In this document: positions 1-9,946 of the stretch, in pieces
Numbering within the stretch: the first letter of the stretch is position 1
Layout: every line of letters starts with the position of its first letter
Source: Candidatus Poseidoniaceae archaeon
GTDB taxonomy: Archaea > Thermoplasmatota > Poseidoniia > Poseidoniales > Poseidoniaceae
NCBI GenBank assembly: GCA_943788295.1
Contig: CALSPS010000004.1
Location: 224,540-288,539, forward strand
DNA: 64,000 bases
Reading direction: 5' to 3'
Made by a program: the position numbers and the translations under genes
The notes under the pieces: model-generated
What the model was told of the DNA's origin: nothing
What the model saw: only the letters and a program-made list of their open reading frames with translations
The model's database searches: none

Positions 1-210
1 CCTCATCGTTGGCAACGCCATCCCCATCGTTGTCAATCAGCGCATCGCAAGCGTCCGGAGTTGTGTCGTTGTCCTCATCCAATCCGTCATCATGTCCCTC
101 GCATTGGTCCTCATCGTTTGCAACGCCATCCCCATCGTTGTCAATCAGCTCATCACAGCCATCAGGCGTGCCATCTTGGTCGAGGTCAAGGGCGTCGTCA
201 TGACCGAGAC
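1..210. repeat. Tandem direct repeat of about 102 nt, roughly two copies. It encodes the TSP3-like Asp-rich repeats of the partial surface protein.
   Basis: Positions 1-60 and 103-162 are near-identical (cctcatcgttggcaacgccatccccatcgttgtcaatcag...). Confidence 0.6.
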
Positions 211-1906
211 AAGCATCGATTGAATCCTCAACGCCGTCCTCATCCGCATCAACAAACGGATCGCATCCATCGATGATTCCGTCATTGTCTTCATCGACGC
301 CGTCATCAAATCCGGCGCATTGGTCATTTGGATCGAGCACACCGTCCTGGTCGCTGTCGTCGATGCAACCGTCGCCGTCCCTGTCCCAAGGAAGTGCATT
401 CGTTTCCGGGCAAAGGTCAGTCCAAGCCTCGATGTAGGTGCTTGGGGTCAAGTCACGCCCTGCAAAAGCCGGATGGTCTGTTGCGTGTTTACGGGCACGG
501 AACACGGGGTTCGCTTTCGAGTTGGCTTGGTTGCCATCAGGAAGCAGATCACCTTGTGCGATGGTTCCCTGATTTGAAACAGGGTTGATGTAGGTCCAAA
601 CGATTTCACCCTCGAGGGTCACTTCATACAGTGTACCGTGGGTTCCGTGCGCGATCAGAGTGTTCCCGTTGGGTAAGCGCTCAGCACCTGAGACGAATCC
701 AGAATACATGTCAGCGCCCTGGTTCCACGACCATGAAGTTGAATTTGGAAGGAATCTGTTGTCCGCGTCGAGTTGATACTCTCCGTCAAGAAAGACTGGT
801 GTAATGACGTCCACAGAGGAGTAGGTGCCAGCTCGATTGACACCGTTATTGTACACGATGAGGCTGCCCTCACCGGGGCGACCTTCCTCGATCCACTGCA
901 CATCGTGCTGTCCAAACAGGCGTTTGTCTTGGCTGAATCCAGCGTCATAGGCTTCAGGATTGCCCCACCGGTAAAGGAAGTCTCCGCCCTTGCCATAGGT
1001 GCCTCCAGTGTGGCCTGCTGCCTCCTCGGATGTTGTGCTGTGGTCGATAATATAGATTTCATTCATGTTCTTGCATGAGATGGCAATTTGGTCCAATTGA
1101 GGGTTGTAGTCAATGCCATTGCAGTGCATCCAATCGGCCTTGCCTGCCTGGGCTCCAGCAGCGTCGACAAAGTTGATGTCGAGCAATTCTGGGTGTTCGG
1201 CGACGATGCCATAGTTGTCTTTGGACGGATCGTAGTCTTGCACCAAGTGGTCCCATGCATGCCAACTCCATACCACATCACCTCCGGTGGTTCCGTTGGG
1301 TTGAATCTCGACAATTTTGTCTGGCCAAACGCCATTGCTTCCACCCGGCGCATCTGAAGCAATGGCTGGATTTCGACCTGCTTGTTGACCTTCTTCTTCG
1401 GTTTTTGACTCCCACGCTATCATCAGTATGTTGCCGTTCGGCATCGGTTCGATGTCGTGGTGTGAAATGTACTCGGTGGAGGAATGTTCGTAGGACCACA
1501 GTAAATCGCCTTCCCACGAAATCCGTTCGACTTTGCCAGCTGTTCCACCACCGCTGAAGTTCCCAATTGCAGTCTGGGCAATGTTGGCGGTTCGAAGCAA
1601 CGATCCATCCTCGAGCAGGTAAGCCGACATGCCGGGGCGATGACCGCCGGGTGAGGTCCAGTTGTGCACTTGGCGTCCTTCATTGTCAATCAGATAAGAG
1701 GTGGAACTTGGCATGGGTGAAAACAGAGTGTAGCCTTCACTGACGTCGTTTGTGCATTGAATCAGTCCAACGGTCCAATTGGCCTGTCTGTCGGCATTGC
1801 ACACAGGTGCTTCATCACCGTTTGAGCCGTCGACTTCACCCTGCACTTGACTCAAGGATGCAAGCATCATAACGGCCAACAGAACGGCTTTGAACGCGTT
1901 GGCCAT
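1..1906 (-). CDS. Secreted beta-propeller protein, 5' partial: the ATG at 1906..1904 is inside the window and the ORF runs off the window start. It has an N-terminal signal peptide, an arylsulfotransferase-like domain (tentative) and C-terminal thrombospondin type-3-like Ca-binding DxDxDGxxD repeats.
   Basis: One continuous minus-strand reading frame from ATG 1906 down to position 1 with no stop. It is missing from the ORF track because it has no in-window stop. The N-terminus MANAFKAVLLAVMMLASLSQVQG is signal-peptide-like. Motifs HHDIEPMPNGN and WSWHAWDHL are present. The C-terminus carries tandem repeats of DNDGDGVANDEDQC and DEDNDGIIDGCD. Confidence 0.6.
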   Translation of the reverse strand, partial: MANAFKAVLLAVMMLASLSQVQGEVDGSNGDEAPVCNADRQANWTVGLIQCTNDVSEGYTLFSPMPSSTSYLIDNEGRQVHNWTSPGGHRPGMSAYLLEDGSLLRTANIAQTAIGNFSGGGTAGKVERISWEGDLLWSYEHSSTEYISHHDIEPMPNGNILMIAWESKTEEEGQQAGRNPAIASDAPGGSNGVWPDKIVEIQPNGTTGGDVVWSWHAWDHLVQDYDPSKDNYGIVAEHPELLDINFVDAAGAQAGKADWMHCNGIDYNPQLDQIAISCKNMNEIYIIDHSTTSEEAAGHTGGTYGKGGDFLYRWGNPEAYDAGFSQDKRLFGQHDVQWIEEGRPGEGSLIVYNNGVNRAGTYSSVDVITPVFLDGEYQLDADNRFLPNSTSWSWNQGADMYSGFVSGAERLPNGNTLIAHGTHGTLYEVTLEGEIVWTYINPVSNQGTIAQGDLLPDGNQANSKANPVFRARKHATDHPAFAGRDLTPSTYIEAWTDLCPETNALPWDRDGDGCIDDSDQDGVLDPNDQCAGFDDGVDEDNDGIIDGCDPFVDADEDGVEDSIDACLGHDDALDLDQDGTPDGCDELIDNDGDGVANDEDQCEGHDDGLDEDNDTTPDACDALIDNDGDGVANDE

Positions 1907-1952
1907 GCGGGAGTGTCACAGTCAGTGTCATATCAATGCCACGATGAAGGCA

Positions 1953-2456
1953 TCATTGCCCTTGCTCACTGGCCATGGCGATTGCTGCTTCAATGGTTGA
2001 ACGCGCTTCACTCAATCCCTCTTGACCGGGGAACACCTGGACCTTGGTGTGTCCTTTCACGCTTTCTTCACCGGCCTGAGCCAACACAACCTCGCCGTTC
2101 ATGAGGGCGTTGAACTGCACTCGGAAATGCAAGGTGTTGGATTCATCAAGCCTCTGCTCAGCCTCCTCAAGCAGCGTTTGCAACGCATCTGTGCCCAAGC
2201 GAGCAAGGCATCGAAGAGCAGGACGTTTGCGCGAGGTCTTGGCCTCAATCATGTGAATCTCGGAGCCATGGTACGATGTGGTGCGCTCGATTTCAACCGC
2301 TTCATGGTCTCCAATGAGCCATGCGAGGGCGTCTGCAACGACCGTTTCATCAGCCAAGCCACTTGCCGTAGCCCGCCAAGTGAAGTGGTGTAGGCCCATG
2401 GTTAAGGGTCGGTTGAGGGGTATTTGATGATTGATGCGTGCACCATGCGATTTCAT
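1953..2456 (-). CDS. Hypothetical cytoplasmic protein. Its start overlaps the stop of the upstream MFS gene by 4 nt (ATGA).
   Basis: 167-aa ORF with no recognisable motifs. The start may be the internal MGLHH. Confidence 0.4.
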   Translation of the reverse strand: MKSHGARINHQIPLNRPLTMGLHHFTWRATASGLADETVVADALAWLIGDHEAVEIERTTSYHGSEIHMIEAKTSRKRPALRCLARLGTDALQTLLEEAEQRLDESNTLHFRVQFNALMNGEVVLAQAGEESVKGHTKVQVFPGQEGLSEARSTIEAAIAMASEQGQ

Positions 2457-4615
2457 CCTTGTTCGACATGCGCTAATTCCCTTCGCGTTTGTGCAGGATC
2501 GATGAACAGGGCTCCGAAAATCACGAATGTTTCAAGCACAGCCGCAATCAGGAAGAGGGTCGGGTAATCAAAGCGCGAAGAAATTGGATCGGTCAATTGG
2601 TAGCCTATAATGGAGGAGACGTTCATCATGGCCATGTATGCAGTGAACTGCGTGCCGCCCACTTCGCTCCATGTCACTCGCATCACCAAGGAATAGATGT
2701 TGATGGTCACAAGGCCCCATGCGAAGGTACGGATCGACCACATGACCATCATGAAACTTCCACTGCTCCACATGGATTCACTCAAGCCCCACAGTGAAGT
2801 GGTCAAGGCGGTGAACAATGCCCCGTAAATGATGACTGATTTTCCACCAAACCGTCGTCCGAGTTGACCACCTGCAAGATAGCCAAGCATGGTGAAGACG
2901 AGGATGAGGCCGCCCTTGGTGACGTTGAACTCTTCCACCGTCCATCCCAATTCACGAACAAACAGCAGCGGCAGGACAGGTATGAGGAAGAACGAGAGGG
3001 ACATGACCAAACTGAGCACGATGCCCAATTGTGCAGAACGCATTGAAAAGGCAATTTTGACCTTGCCGATGATTTCCCTGAAGTCACCTTGGTCATGTTC
3101 CACCTCGACTTCTGTGGTGCCTTCGCTCCATGGAAACCGCTTTTCACCGGGCCGTTCGGTCATCAACAGCGGAACGAGCATGATCACAACGAGGATTGGA
3201 ATCTGAAGCAAAATGGTTCCCTTGATACCAAGCGTTCCAATGACGAGACCGAGCCCAGCACCACCAATGATGCCACCCACTGATTTGGCTGTGAACATGT
3301 AGCTGTTGACCTTCTCCATTTCGTGAGGTTGCAACACATCGACGGCCAGAGCATCGGTGCTGACGTCTTGAAGCGATGTGAAGATGTTGTACACCAAAAA
3401 CATCCATGCCATTGTGAGGACATTTTCCTCCGGGTTTGGAATCAACATCATCGAAGCAAGCACCACAATCATGCCGCTTTGAGCGAGAAGAATCCATGGA
3501 CGGCGTCGCCCCATGTCCGGGAATTGGAATCGGTCAATGACTGGACCCCAGAGGAACTTCACCGACCATGGCAACGTTCCGAGGGTCAGCATCAACGCCA
3601 ACTCAGAGGCACCAACGCCTTTGTCGGCCAAGAAGGTGAGGAATGCGATGGTGATGAACCCCCACGGAATTCCTTGCGCCACATACAAGGCACACAAGGT
3701 GAGGACGCGGGCGCGATAACTGTCGACGAGGGTTTCACCTTCAGAGGAGGAACCCTTCACGCCATCAATCGATTCTTCTTCTTCCAAAACCATACTCATT
3801 TGGAACCTTTCTCGATTGAGGGAGATGAACCCAACAAACGCAATCATACCCAATAACCAGGGTGAAAACATTAGGGCGGAAATCACACCTGAGCCAACGT
3901 TCAACGAAGCGACCTCTTCGCCGTCACTCCCACCGTTTGGGTTGCTGGCACCGGGGTCTGATGCGTTCAGAACGGGGAAGGTTCCTGCCACCTCTAAGCC
4001 GTCGGTGTTGTCGGAATAATAGATGCGGAATTTCGCTTCGCATTGAGCAAGGACCTTGTTCAAGTCGAAGCACTCGGCCAGTGTGGGTTCGGGTTTGTTG
4101 AACTGAACTTTCAATTCAGGAACGCTTCCCTGTTCCCAGTATGTCATGTTCTCAGTGATCTGAATTTGCCAAGTCAGTTGTTCATTCGAGAAGGTTGGTA
4201 CGATGAATTCCTTGGAAGCCAAAACCTCCATTCCACTGGTGAGTGAAAGCACCAAATCATCGCCATCGCTTGTTTCTGAGGACTGAATCAAGAATCCAAG
4301 GTTGAAGGAAATGACGCCATCCACGTCAAGGTAAAGCGGTGAGGCCAAGGGGTCATCAAGTGGGCAGGAAAATTCGATGTTTTCTGTGCTGTCGTACTCT
4401 CCGAATCCAGTTTGAGTTTCCCCATCAGATGCGAAGTGGTTGAAGCAGTTTCCGCTCTGCAAAGCGGCATCCCCCCACAGGTACATTGTTGGACGTTCTG
4501 TGCTCGGTTGCTTGTCAGGATCTGATTGTGCGGCAACCTGCCCGATGGTCAATGAAAACAACATCAACAGCACAAGGGCGAGTGGAAGACCTCGTCGTGC
4601 CATTGACCCAACCAC
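2453..4615 (-). CDS. MFS-type transporter. A signal peptide and an extracellular domain of about 250 aa precede the 12-TM permease core.
   Basis: 720 aa. The N-terminus MARRGLPLALVLLMLFSLTIGQVAAQ is followed by a hydrophilic Cys-containing domain. The C-terminal two-thirds consist of repeated hydrophobic helices with MFS-like loops (GxLaDrfGRR-like RFGGKS). Confidence 0.65.
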   Translation of the reverse strand: MVGSMARRGLPLALVLLMLFSLTIGQVAAQSDPDKQPSTERPTMYLWGDAALQSGNCFNHFASDGETQTGFGEYDSTENIEFSCPLDDPLASPLYLDVDGVISFNLGFLIQSSETSDGDDLVLSLTSGMEVLASKEFIVPTFSNEQLTWQIQITENMTYWEQGSVPELKVQFNKPEPTLAECFDLNKVLAQCEAKFRIYYSDNTDGLEVAGTFPVLNASDPGASNPNGGSDGEEVASLNVGSGVISALMFSPWLLGMIAFVGFISLNRERFQMSMVLEEEESIDGVKGSSSEGETLVDSYRARVLTLCALYVAQGIPWGFITIAFLTFLADKGVGASELALMLTLGTLPWSVKFLWGPVIDRFQFPDMGRRRPWILLAQSGMIVVLASMMLIPNPEENVLTMAWMFLVYNIFTSLQDVSTDALAVDVLQPHEMEKVNSYMFTAKSVGGIIGGAGLGLVIGTLGIKGTILLQIPILVVIMLVPLLMTERPGEKRFPWSEGTTEVEVEHDQGDFREIIGKVKIAFSMRSAQLGIVLSLVMSLSFFLIPVLPLLFVRELGWTVEEFNVTKGGLILVFTMLGYLAGGQLGRRFGGKSVIIYGALFTALTTSLWGLSESMWSSGSFMMVMWSIRTFAWGLVTINIYSLVMRVTWSEVGGTQFTAYMAMMNVSSIIGYQLTDPISSRFDYPTLFLIAAVLETFVIFGALFIDPAQTRRELAHVEQG

Positions 4616-4719
4616 CGACCAAGACCATTCAAAGGTGTCGAAGCGGTGATTGACAACCCCGAATACTGTATGGTTGTGACCATCGTTGGCATTTTATACG
4701 CTGGCAAAGAGGCTCAACC

Positions 4720-5475
4720 ATGGGTCACCTGAAGCAACTGCTCGTGCTGGCTCTCTTCTGTTCCGCAACGCTGGCCGGTTGCATTGGACCATCATCCGAT
4801 GAATCCATGATCGACCTTGTTGTGGACCTCGAGACAACTTCGGGTACGGTCGTCGAAACATACCTCGATGGTGAACTTGTGTCCCTCGATGCAGTGGACG
4901 TGAGCTTTGATTTTTCTCAAACCACATCTTCGCTTGACCTCGTGAAGTTTGGTCTTGATGCCATGGATGGCAGCGAACCAATGACCATCGATGCGAGCGA
5001 ATCTTCAACCCTTACGCACTCCTTTGTTGAACACGGCATCCACAATGTCACTCTGTTCGCCATCGATGCTGCAGGAACGCAGAACAATCAAAGCGCATCC
5101 ATTCGAATTGATTTGCGAATTGAGTGGAGTGAGCAAGGCACGAATGAACCAATGGCATTGCCATTTAACCCGACACCGAACAACGGTGGCACTCATCCTG
5201 TTATGATCGAGATCAATTCGACGGTGGAAAACCCAAGCCTCATCCAAGGCATCTCTGGTGGCGGTCAGACCGTTCAATTTTCATGGAACATCGTTGACGA
5301 ACTCGACGACACCTGCCAAAGCAAAAACGGACAAGCGGAGGACGGAAACGCAGACACGTGGAGTACGGTTCACTTCAACACCTACCTTTTGCATGAATTG
5401 AGGGTTGTTCTTGAAGATGGGCAAGATGCGCTCAACATTCAGCAAACTGTTTTGATTGTCTATGCAGATGATTGA
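4720..5475 (+). CDS. Secreted lipoprotein-like protein with a PKD/Ig-like domain.
   Basis: Signal plus lipobox-like LAGC. It carries a PKD-like motif HSFVEHGIHNVTLFAIDAAG. Confidence 0.5.
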   Translation: MGHLKQLLVLALFCSATLAGCIGPSSDESMIDLVVDLETTSGTVVETYLDGELVSLDAVDVSFDFSQTTSSLDLVKFGLDAMDGSEPMTIDASESSTLTHSFVEHGIHNVTLFAIDAAGTQNNQSASIRIDLRIEWSEQGTNEPMALPFNPTPNNGGTHPVMIEINSTVENPSLIQGISGGGQTVQFSWNIVDELDDTCQSKNGQAEDGNADTWSTVHFNTYLLHELRVVLEDGQDALNIQQTVLIVYADD

Positions 5476-5622
5476 TGCACTGAATGGTCACTACCTTTGC
5501 TCAACCCTCGTTCTTGAGGTTCAACGCCCTCGTTGATGGAGGGGGTTCTTGAAATAGGGGAGGTTTGTCGCAGGCTTGCAAGTGGGGTAGCCCCCGCAAT
5601 ACACACACCCAGAGTTGATCCC

Positions 5623-6597
5623 ATGGCAAAGAAAGTAAGTGCAAAGGCACGTGCAGCAGCACGTAAGCAACGAGACAAGTGGAAGATGAAGCGCTGGTAC
5701 ACGATTCGTGCACCACGCAATCCATGGGAATTTAAGAAAATTGGAGAGACAATTGGGGAGTCCGATGAGCACATCATGGGACGAGTGTACGAAATGACGC
5801 AGCAAGAATTCAACGGTGACTTCACCAAGATGCACGTGATCCTTAGGTTCCGTGTCAGCGAGTGTGTTGGCCAAGACGCCTTGACCACATTCATTGGCCA
5901 CCACCACCAAACCGACCACATTCGCCGACAAATCCGCCGATACCGTGGAAAGGTCGACGATGTTGTCGATGTCGTTTCAACCGACGGATACCTCGTTCGA
6001 TTGAAGCCTTTGATCATCACGCAGAAGCGTGTTCAAACCTCAATCAAGCAAGCAATGCGAGCCAAGGCCCGAGAACTGATCATCGCCTTTGCTTCCAAGG
6101 CAACCTACGCTAAGATTCAAACTCAAATTTTGGACGGAACCCTCGAAGAAGAAATCCGCAAGGCTGTCAAGCCAATCTACCCCGTCAAGAGCGTCGCCAT
6201 CCGTAAGAGCCAACTCTTGCAAGAAGGTGTCGTCAACGAGAAGGGCAAGACCCTCGACGAAATCCACGCAGAAGAAGCTCGAAGCGATGCTGAACTCAAG
6301 GCCAAGAAGGCAGCAGCACTTGCATCGGCTATGGAAGACGAGGAAGAAGAAGGCGACGACGCCCCTTCCATCCTTGACGCCGCTGAAGCAATGGAGCCAG
6401 CGTCTGAGAAGACCGAGGCACCTGCTGAAGAAGCACCAGCCGAAGAAGCCGCTCCTGAACCAGCACCTGCTGAAGAAGCAGCAGCAGACGTCGACCACAG
6501 CAAGATGACCGTTGCTGAGTTGAAGGAATTGCTCAAGGCCGCTGGAAAGCCTGTCTCTGGAAAGAAGGCAGACTTGATCGCACGCCTCAACGAGTGA
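5623..6597 (+). CDS. rps3ae: 30S ribosomal protein S3Ae (S1e). An acidic low-complexity C-terminal extension of about 100 aa ends in a SAP motif.
   Basis: MAKKVSAKARAAARKQRDKWKMKRWYTIRAPR... is a typical S3Ae N-terminus and core. The extension EDEEEEGDD...APAEEAAPEPAPAEEAA ends with MTVAELKELLKAAGKPVSGKKADLIARLNE (SAP consensus). The start was moved to the in-frame ATG at 5623 from the track ORF at 5533. Confidence 0.85.
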   Translation: MAKKVSAKARAAARKQRDKWKMKRWYTIRAPRNPWEFKKIGETIGESDEHIMGRVYEMTQQEFNGDFTKMHVILRFRVSECVGQDALTTFIGHHHQTDHIRRQIRRYRGKVDDVVDVVSTDGYLVRLKPLIITQKRVQTSIKQAMRAKARELIIAFASKATYAKIQTQILDGTLEEEIRKAVKPIYPVKSVAIRKSQLLQEGVVNEKGKTLDEIHAEEARSDAELKAKKAAALASAMEDEEEEGDDAPSILDAAEAMEPASEKTEAPAEEAPAEEAAPEPAPAEEAAADVDHSKMTVAELKELLKAAGKPVSGKKADLIARLNE

Positions 6598-6691
6598 AGC
6601 CCACGAACTTCGGTTCGTTTGTATGACCAGCGAAAGCAAGGTCCCCGTGGCTGAGAGGCCACAGGGTTGATATCAACTAAGACGAGGTGGA

Positions 6692-7486
6692 ATGAACATG
6701 CAACGGCTCGGTGTGATTGGTGGTACTGGACTCATTGACATGACCTTGGGCGAACAACTGTCTGCTCACGGACTCACACTGGTGCAGCGCGATGCGGTCA
6801 CCGTCGAGACGCCATACGGTGAAGTGCCATTGACGTGCATTGAATTGTCAAAAGGCGATGAGAAGAAGCAACTGATCTTTCTTCAACGCCATCACAACAA
6901 CGGTGCTCCAAGTCGCCCACCGCACATGATTGAACACCGTGCGAACATTCGTGCCTTGCTCGACGCAGGTTGCGAAGCAGTGATGGCGGTCTGCTCTGTT
7001 GGTGCAATCCCTGAAGATTTCCCACCGGGTAAAGTTGCCTTAGCAGGCCAATACATCGATTTCACTGGCCATCAGAGCACGTTCCACGACGATGCAGCGG
7101 TGTTCACATCGGTCACCGACCCTTTTGATTCGACCCTTAACGAAGCGCTTGAAACGGTGCTGCGCTCCTCTCAAGGCTTCGATGCACAGGAACGAATGCG
7201 CTACACTTACTGGCTTGCTCAAGGCCCTCACTTTGAAACGAAGGCAGAAATTGACGCCATCGATACGCTTGGTGGCCACATGGTTGGCATGACCATGCCA
7301 AGGGAAGTCAAACTGGCACGAGAGGTGAACCTCCCATACGCTGCCGTGTGTATTTCTTCGAATTGGGCTGCTGGGCGTGAGCCTGGGAATGCGAGTCAAG
7401 ACCTTGATCATCACAGCGTGTCTTCCCAAGCCAACCAAAGGCTGGCGCCTGTCTGGGCCTGCATGCTTCACTTGCTCACAGAATGA
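6692..7486 (+). CDS. mtnP: S-methyl-5'-thioadenosine phosphorylase / purine nucleoside phosphorylase family.
   Basis: LGVIGGTGL start with PNP/MTAP-like core motifs. Confidence 0.7.
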   Translation: MNMQRLGVIGGTGLIDMTLGEQLSAHGLTLVQRDAVTVETPYGEVPLTCIELSKGDEKKQLIFLQRHHNNGAPSRPPHMIEHRANIRALLDAGCEAVMAVCSVGAIPEDFPPGKVALAGQYIDFTGHQSTFHDDAAVFTSVTDPFDSTLNEALETVLRSSQGFDAQERMRYTYWLAQGPHFETKAEIDAIDTLGGHMVGMTMPREVKLAREVNLPYAAVCISSNWAAGREPGNASQDLDHHSVSSQANQRLAPVWACMLHLLTE

Positions 7487-7511
7487 ACATCGAAGGCATT
7501 ATCCTCCTTCG

Positions 7512-7898
7512 ATGAAACGCCATGCTATGCAAGGAAAGAGCGTTGATGAGTGGATGGCCCATGAACCCGAACATGAATGGGATGTCATGATGAAGAAGGT
7601 CGCTGCCTTTCATCACAAGCATGATTTTGAAGCCAATAACGGTCACGATATGGGCTATAGAATCGCTCTCACCGTGGAAGAACTTGGTGAATTCGCAGCA
7701 GCGGTTACCAAAGGAAAACCCCTTGCAGATTGTGCGGAAGAAATGGCCGATGTCCTGCTCTTGATGATGGGCCATGCCGTAGCCATGGAGGTCGATTTGA
7801 AGGCAGCGTTTGAGGCGAAGTACGCTAAAATCATGCAGCGTCCATCACGCCAGGGTCGCTTGGGTCTGCGCGTGACCGAATACTCACCCGATGAATGA
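7512..7898 (+). CDS. MazG-like nucleotide pyrophosphohydrolase.
   Basis: EELGEFAAAV...EEMADVLLLMMGHAVAMEVDLKAAFEAKYAKI matches the MazG EExxE/D signature. The start was adjusted to the ATG at 7512 to avoid overlap with mtnP. Confidence 0.6.
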   Translation: MKRHAMQGKSVDEWMAHEPEHEWDVMMKKVAAFHHKHDFEANNGHDMGYRIALTVEELGEFAAAVTKGKPLADCAEEMADVLLLMMGHAVAMEVDLKAAFEAKYAKIMQRPSRQGRLGLRVTEYSPDE

Positions 7899-8366
7899 TC
7901 AGCGAATCCAGTGTTGGAACGTCATGGGATGTTCGTCCCTCGGTCCAGCAGGAACATGACGCTCCCCAATGAGGTGGAAGCCTTCGCCTTCCATGGAAGG
8001 GGCATAGGTGTCTGCGTCTTCGACGGTGGTGTGGATGATGGTTTTGTGAACCTCCTTGGTGTGTTCCATGAACAGGGCGTAAATTTCGCCACCACCGATG
8101 ATCATCAATTCCTCATCTTCACCCAAGGCGATGATTGAATCGTAATCCAGCACTTCAACATCCTCTCGAGCGGTGCGTGACATCACAATGTTTCGTCGAC
8201 CCGGCAAAGCCTTAGGCAGGCTGTCCCATGTTTTTCTCCCCATGACGATTGTTTTCGACATGGTGACTTGCTTGAAATGTTGCAAATCACTTGATTGCCT
8301 CCAAGGCAGGTCGCCATCTTTACCGATTGCGCCCTCCATGTCGCATGCAAAAATCATTGTGAACAT
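7899..8366 (-). CDS. folA: Dihydrofolate reductase.
   Basis: MIFACDMEGAIGKDGDLPW...IVMGRKTW carries the DHFR signature. It sits directly downstream of thyA. Confidence 0.8.
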   Translation of the reverse strand: MFTMIFACDMEGAIGKDGDLPWRQSSDLQHFKQVTMSKTIVMGRKTWDSLPKALPGRRNIVMSRTAREDVEVLDYDSIIALGEDEELMIIGGGEIYALFMEHTKEVHKTIIHTTVEDADTYAPSMEGEGFHLIGERHVPAGPRDEHPMTFQHWIR

Positions 8367-8375
8367 CTCAACACC

Positions 8376-9170
8376 TCACACTGCAATTGGAGCGGAAATA
8401 TGTGGATGGTGTTCGTAACCGATGACCTCGATGTCTTCGTAGGTGAATCCGTCGATGTCCATCACATCTGGATTGAGCTTGAGCCGTGGTAGGGCCATTG
8501 GTTCTCGGGTGATTTGGAGGTTGGCTTGTTCAAGGTGATTGCTGTAGAGGTGTGCATCGCCAATGGTGTGGACGAACGCCCCTGGTTTGAGTCCACAGAC
8601 CTGTGCCATCATTTCGGTGAGCAACGCATAGGATGCGATGTTAAACGGGACGCCAAGGAACACATCCGCGCTTCTCTGGTACAGTTGACAGTTGAGTTTT
8701 CCATTGGCGACATGGAATTGGAAAAAGGCGTGACATGGCATCAAAGCCATCTCGTCCAGTTCACCAACGTTCCATGCAGAGACAATGATTCTGCGGCTGT
8801 TTGGATTGTTCTTGATCATGTCAATGGCTTGTTCAACTTGGTCAATGATGCGACCGTCTTTCGCTTCCCAGCGCCGCCACTGCTTGCCATAGACGGGTCC
8901 AAGGTCGCCGTTTTCATCGGCCCATTCGTTCCAAATACGAACGCCATTTTCTTGCAGGTAAGCGACGTTTGTGTCACCTTTCAGAAACCACAGCAGTTCA
9001 TGGACAATCGAGCGCAGGTGCAACTTCTTGGTGGTGACCATGGGGAAGCCCTTCGAGAGGTCAAATCGCATTTGGTGGCCGAACACAGAAAGGGTTCCAG
9101 TGCCCGTGCGGTCACCTTTCTCTTCACCCTCATTGAGGATTCTTTGAATCAGTTCATGGTACTCTTGCAT
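8376..9170 (-). CDS. thyA: Thymidylate synthase (ThyA type).
   Basis: [16 protein letters not shown]...[12 protein letters not shown]...[10 protein letters not shown] are canonical ThyA motifs. The start was trimmed to the internal ATG at 9170 (cat at 9168-9170). Confidence 0.9.
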   Translation of the reverse strand: MQEYHELIQRILNEGEEKGDRTGTGTLSVFGHQMRFDLSKGFPMVTTKKLHLRSIVHELLWFLKGDTNVAYLQENGVRIWNEWADENGDLGPVYGKQWRRWEAKDGRIIDQVEQAIDMIKNNPNSRRIIVSAWNVGELDEMALMPCHAFFQFHVANGKLNCQLYQRSADVFLGVPFNIASYALLTEMMAQVCGLKPGAFVHTIGDAHLYSNHLEQANLQITREPMALPRLKLNPDVMDIDGFTYEDIEVIGYEHHPHISAPIAV

Positions 9171-9226
9171 GGACTCACCACACCTTCGTTGGACCGGAGG
9201 CACTTGAGGGTTCTTGATGGACTGCT

Positions 9227-9910
9227 TCACACAGCCAAGAACATCACGTCTTCTGGGCATTGAGGATCTTCGAGGTAGGCTTCGACGTGCTTGCGATCAA
9301 ATTCATTGAGCAATTCCGCCATAATTGGCTGGATGTCTTCCAACTCCCAAGCGCGACAAACATACCAACTGCGAGCCATTTCACCTAAGATGCCAATGGC
9401 ATTCATGTGTTGGCCTGCCTGATAACAATCCACGGCAAATTCGATCGCTTGGTAATCCAGTTCCTTGAGCCGGAGGTCCCGCTCTAGACATTCAAATGGC
9501 TCTTCCAATTGCGCCATTGCTTTCTTGCTGAGCGTCGAAGGGGTGTGTTGAATCGGCCATCCCATATTGCCGAGCAAAACCAAACTGATCATGGCATCGG
9601 TTGAGGGGGTCATGACATCAGACCTGTTGCGAAGCACACATACGCTGCGTTGCCCCATCATGATGTCAAGGTGTGGATCGCCTCCGTGAATTCTCGCTTT
9701 CATTGAGGCGAAGATGTTGACTTGAACCCCTGGTGCGCCGTCATCGGACATCAGAAACGGAATGCTTGACGTTTGTGAGATGTGCCAGCGAGGTGATTCA
9801 TTGACGAGGTTGATCAGCAGGTCAAGTCCACGGAGTTCTGCTGCGATTTGTTTTGGGCATGCGCCTTCGAGAACATTCAGGTTGCCGAGCGGAGTCGCTA
9901 TAGGTTTCAC
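9227..9910 (-). CDS. Hypothetical protein, no family assigned.
   Basis: 227-aa ORF in the same-strand run plsC–hyp–thyA–folA. No motif was recognised confidently. Confidence 0.4.
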   Translation of the reverse strand: MKPIATPLGNLNVLEGACPKQIAAELRGLDLLINLVNESPRWHISQTSSIPFLMSDDGAPGVQVNIFASMKARIHGGDPHLDIMMGQRSVCVLRNRSDVMTPSTDAMISLVLLGNMGWPIQHTPSTLSKKAMAQLEEPFECLERDLRLKELDYQAIEFAVDCYQAGQHMNAIGILGEMARSWYVCRAWELEDIQPIMAELLNEFDRKHVEAYLEDPQCPEDVMFLAV

Positions 9911-9946
9911 ACAAGAAAAACATTCAACACTAGTTAAACATACACC

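Noticed and set aside
145-1689. Multiple 80-135-aa ORFs on both strands within 1-1900 in the track.
   Set aside because: All lie in other frames of the single long minus-strand surface-protein ORF (1..1906). That ORF is missing from the track only because it has no stop inside the window.
5533-5622. Upstream extension of the S3Ae ORF (MMEGVLEIG...).
   Set aside because: The conserved S3Ae N-terminus MAKKVSAKAR begins at the in-frame ATG at 5623.
6040-6662. 199-aa and 161-aa minus-strand ORFs antisense to the S3Ae extension.
   Set aside because: Low-complexity shadow ORFs created by the GAA/GCA-rich acidic linker on the coding strand.
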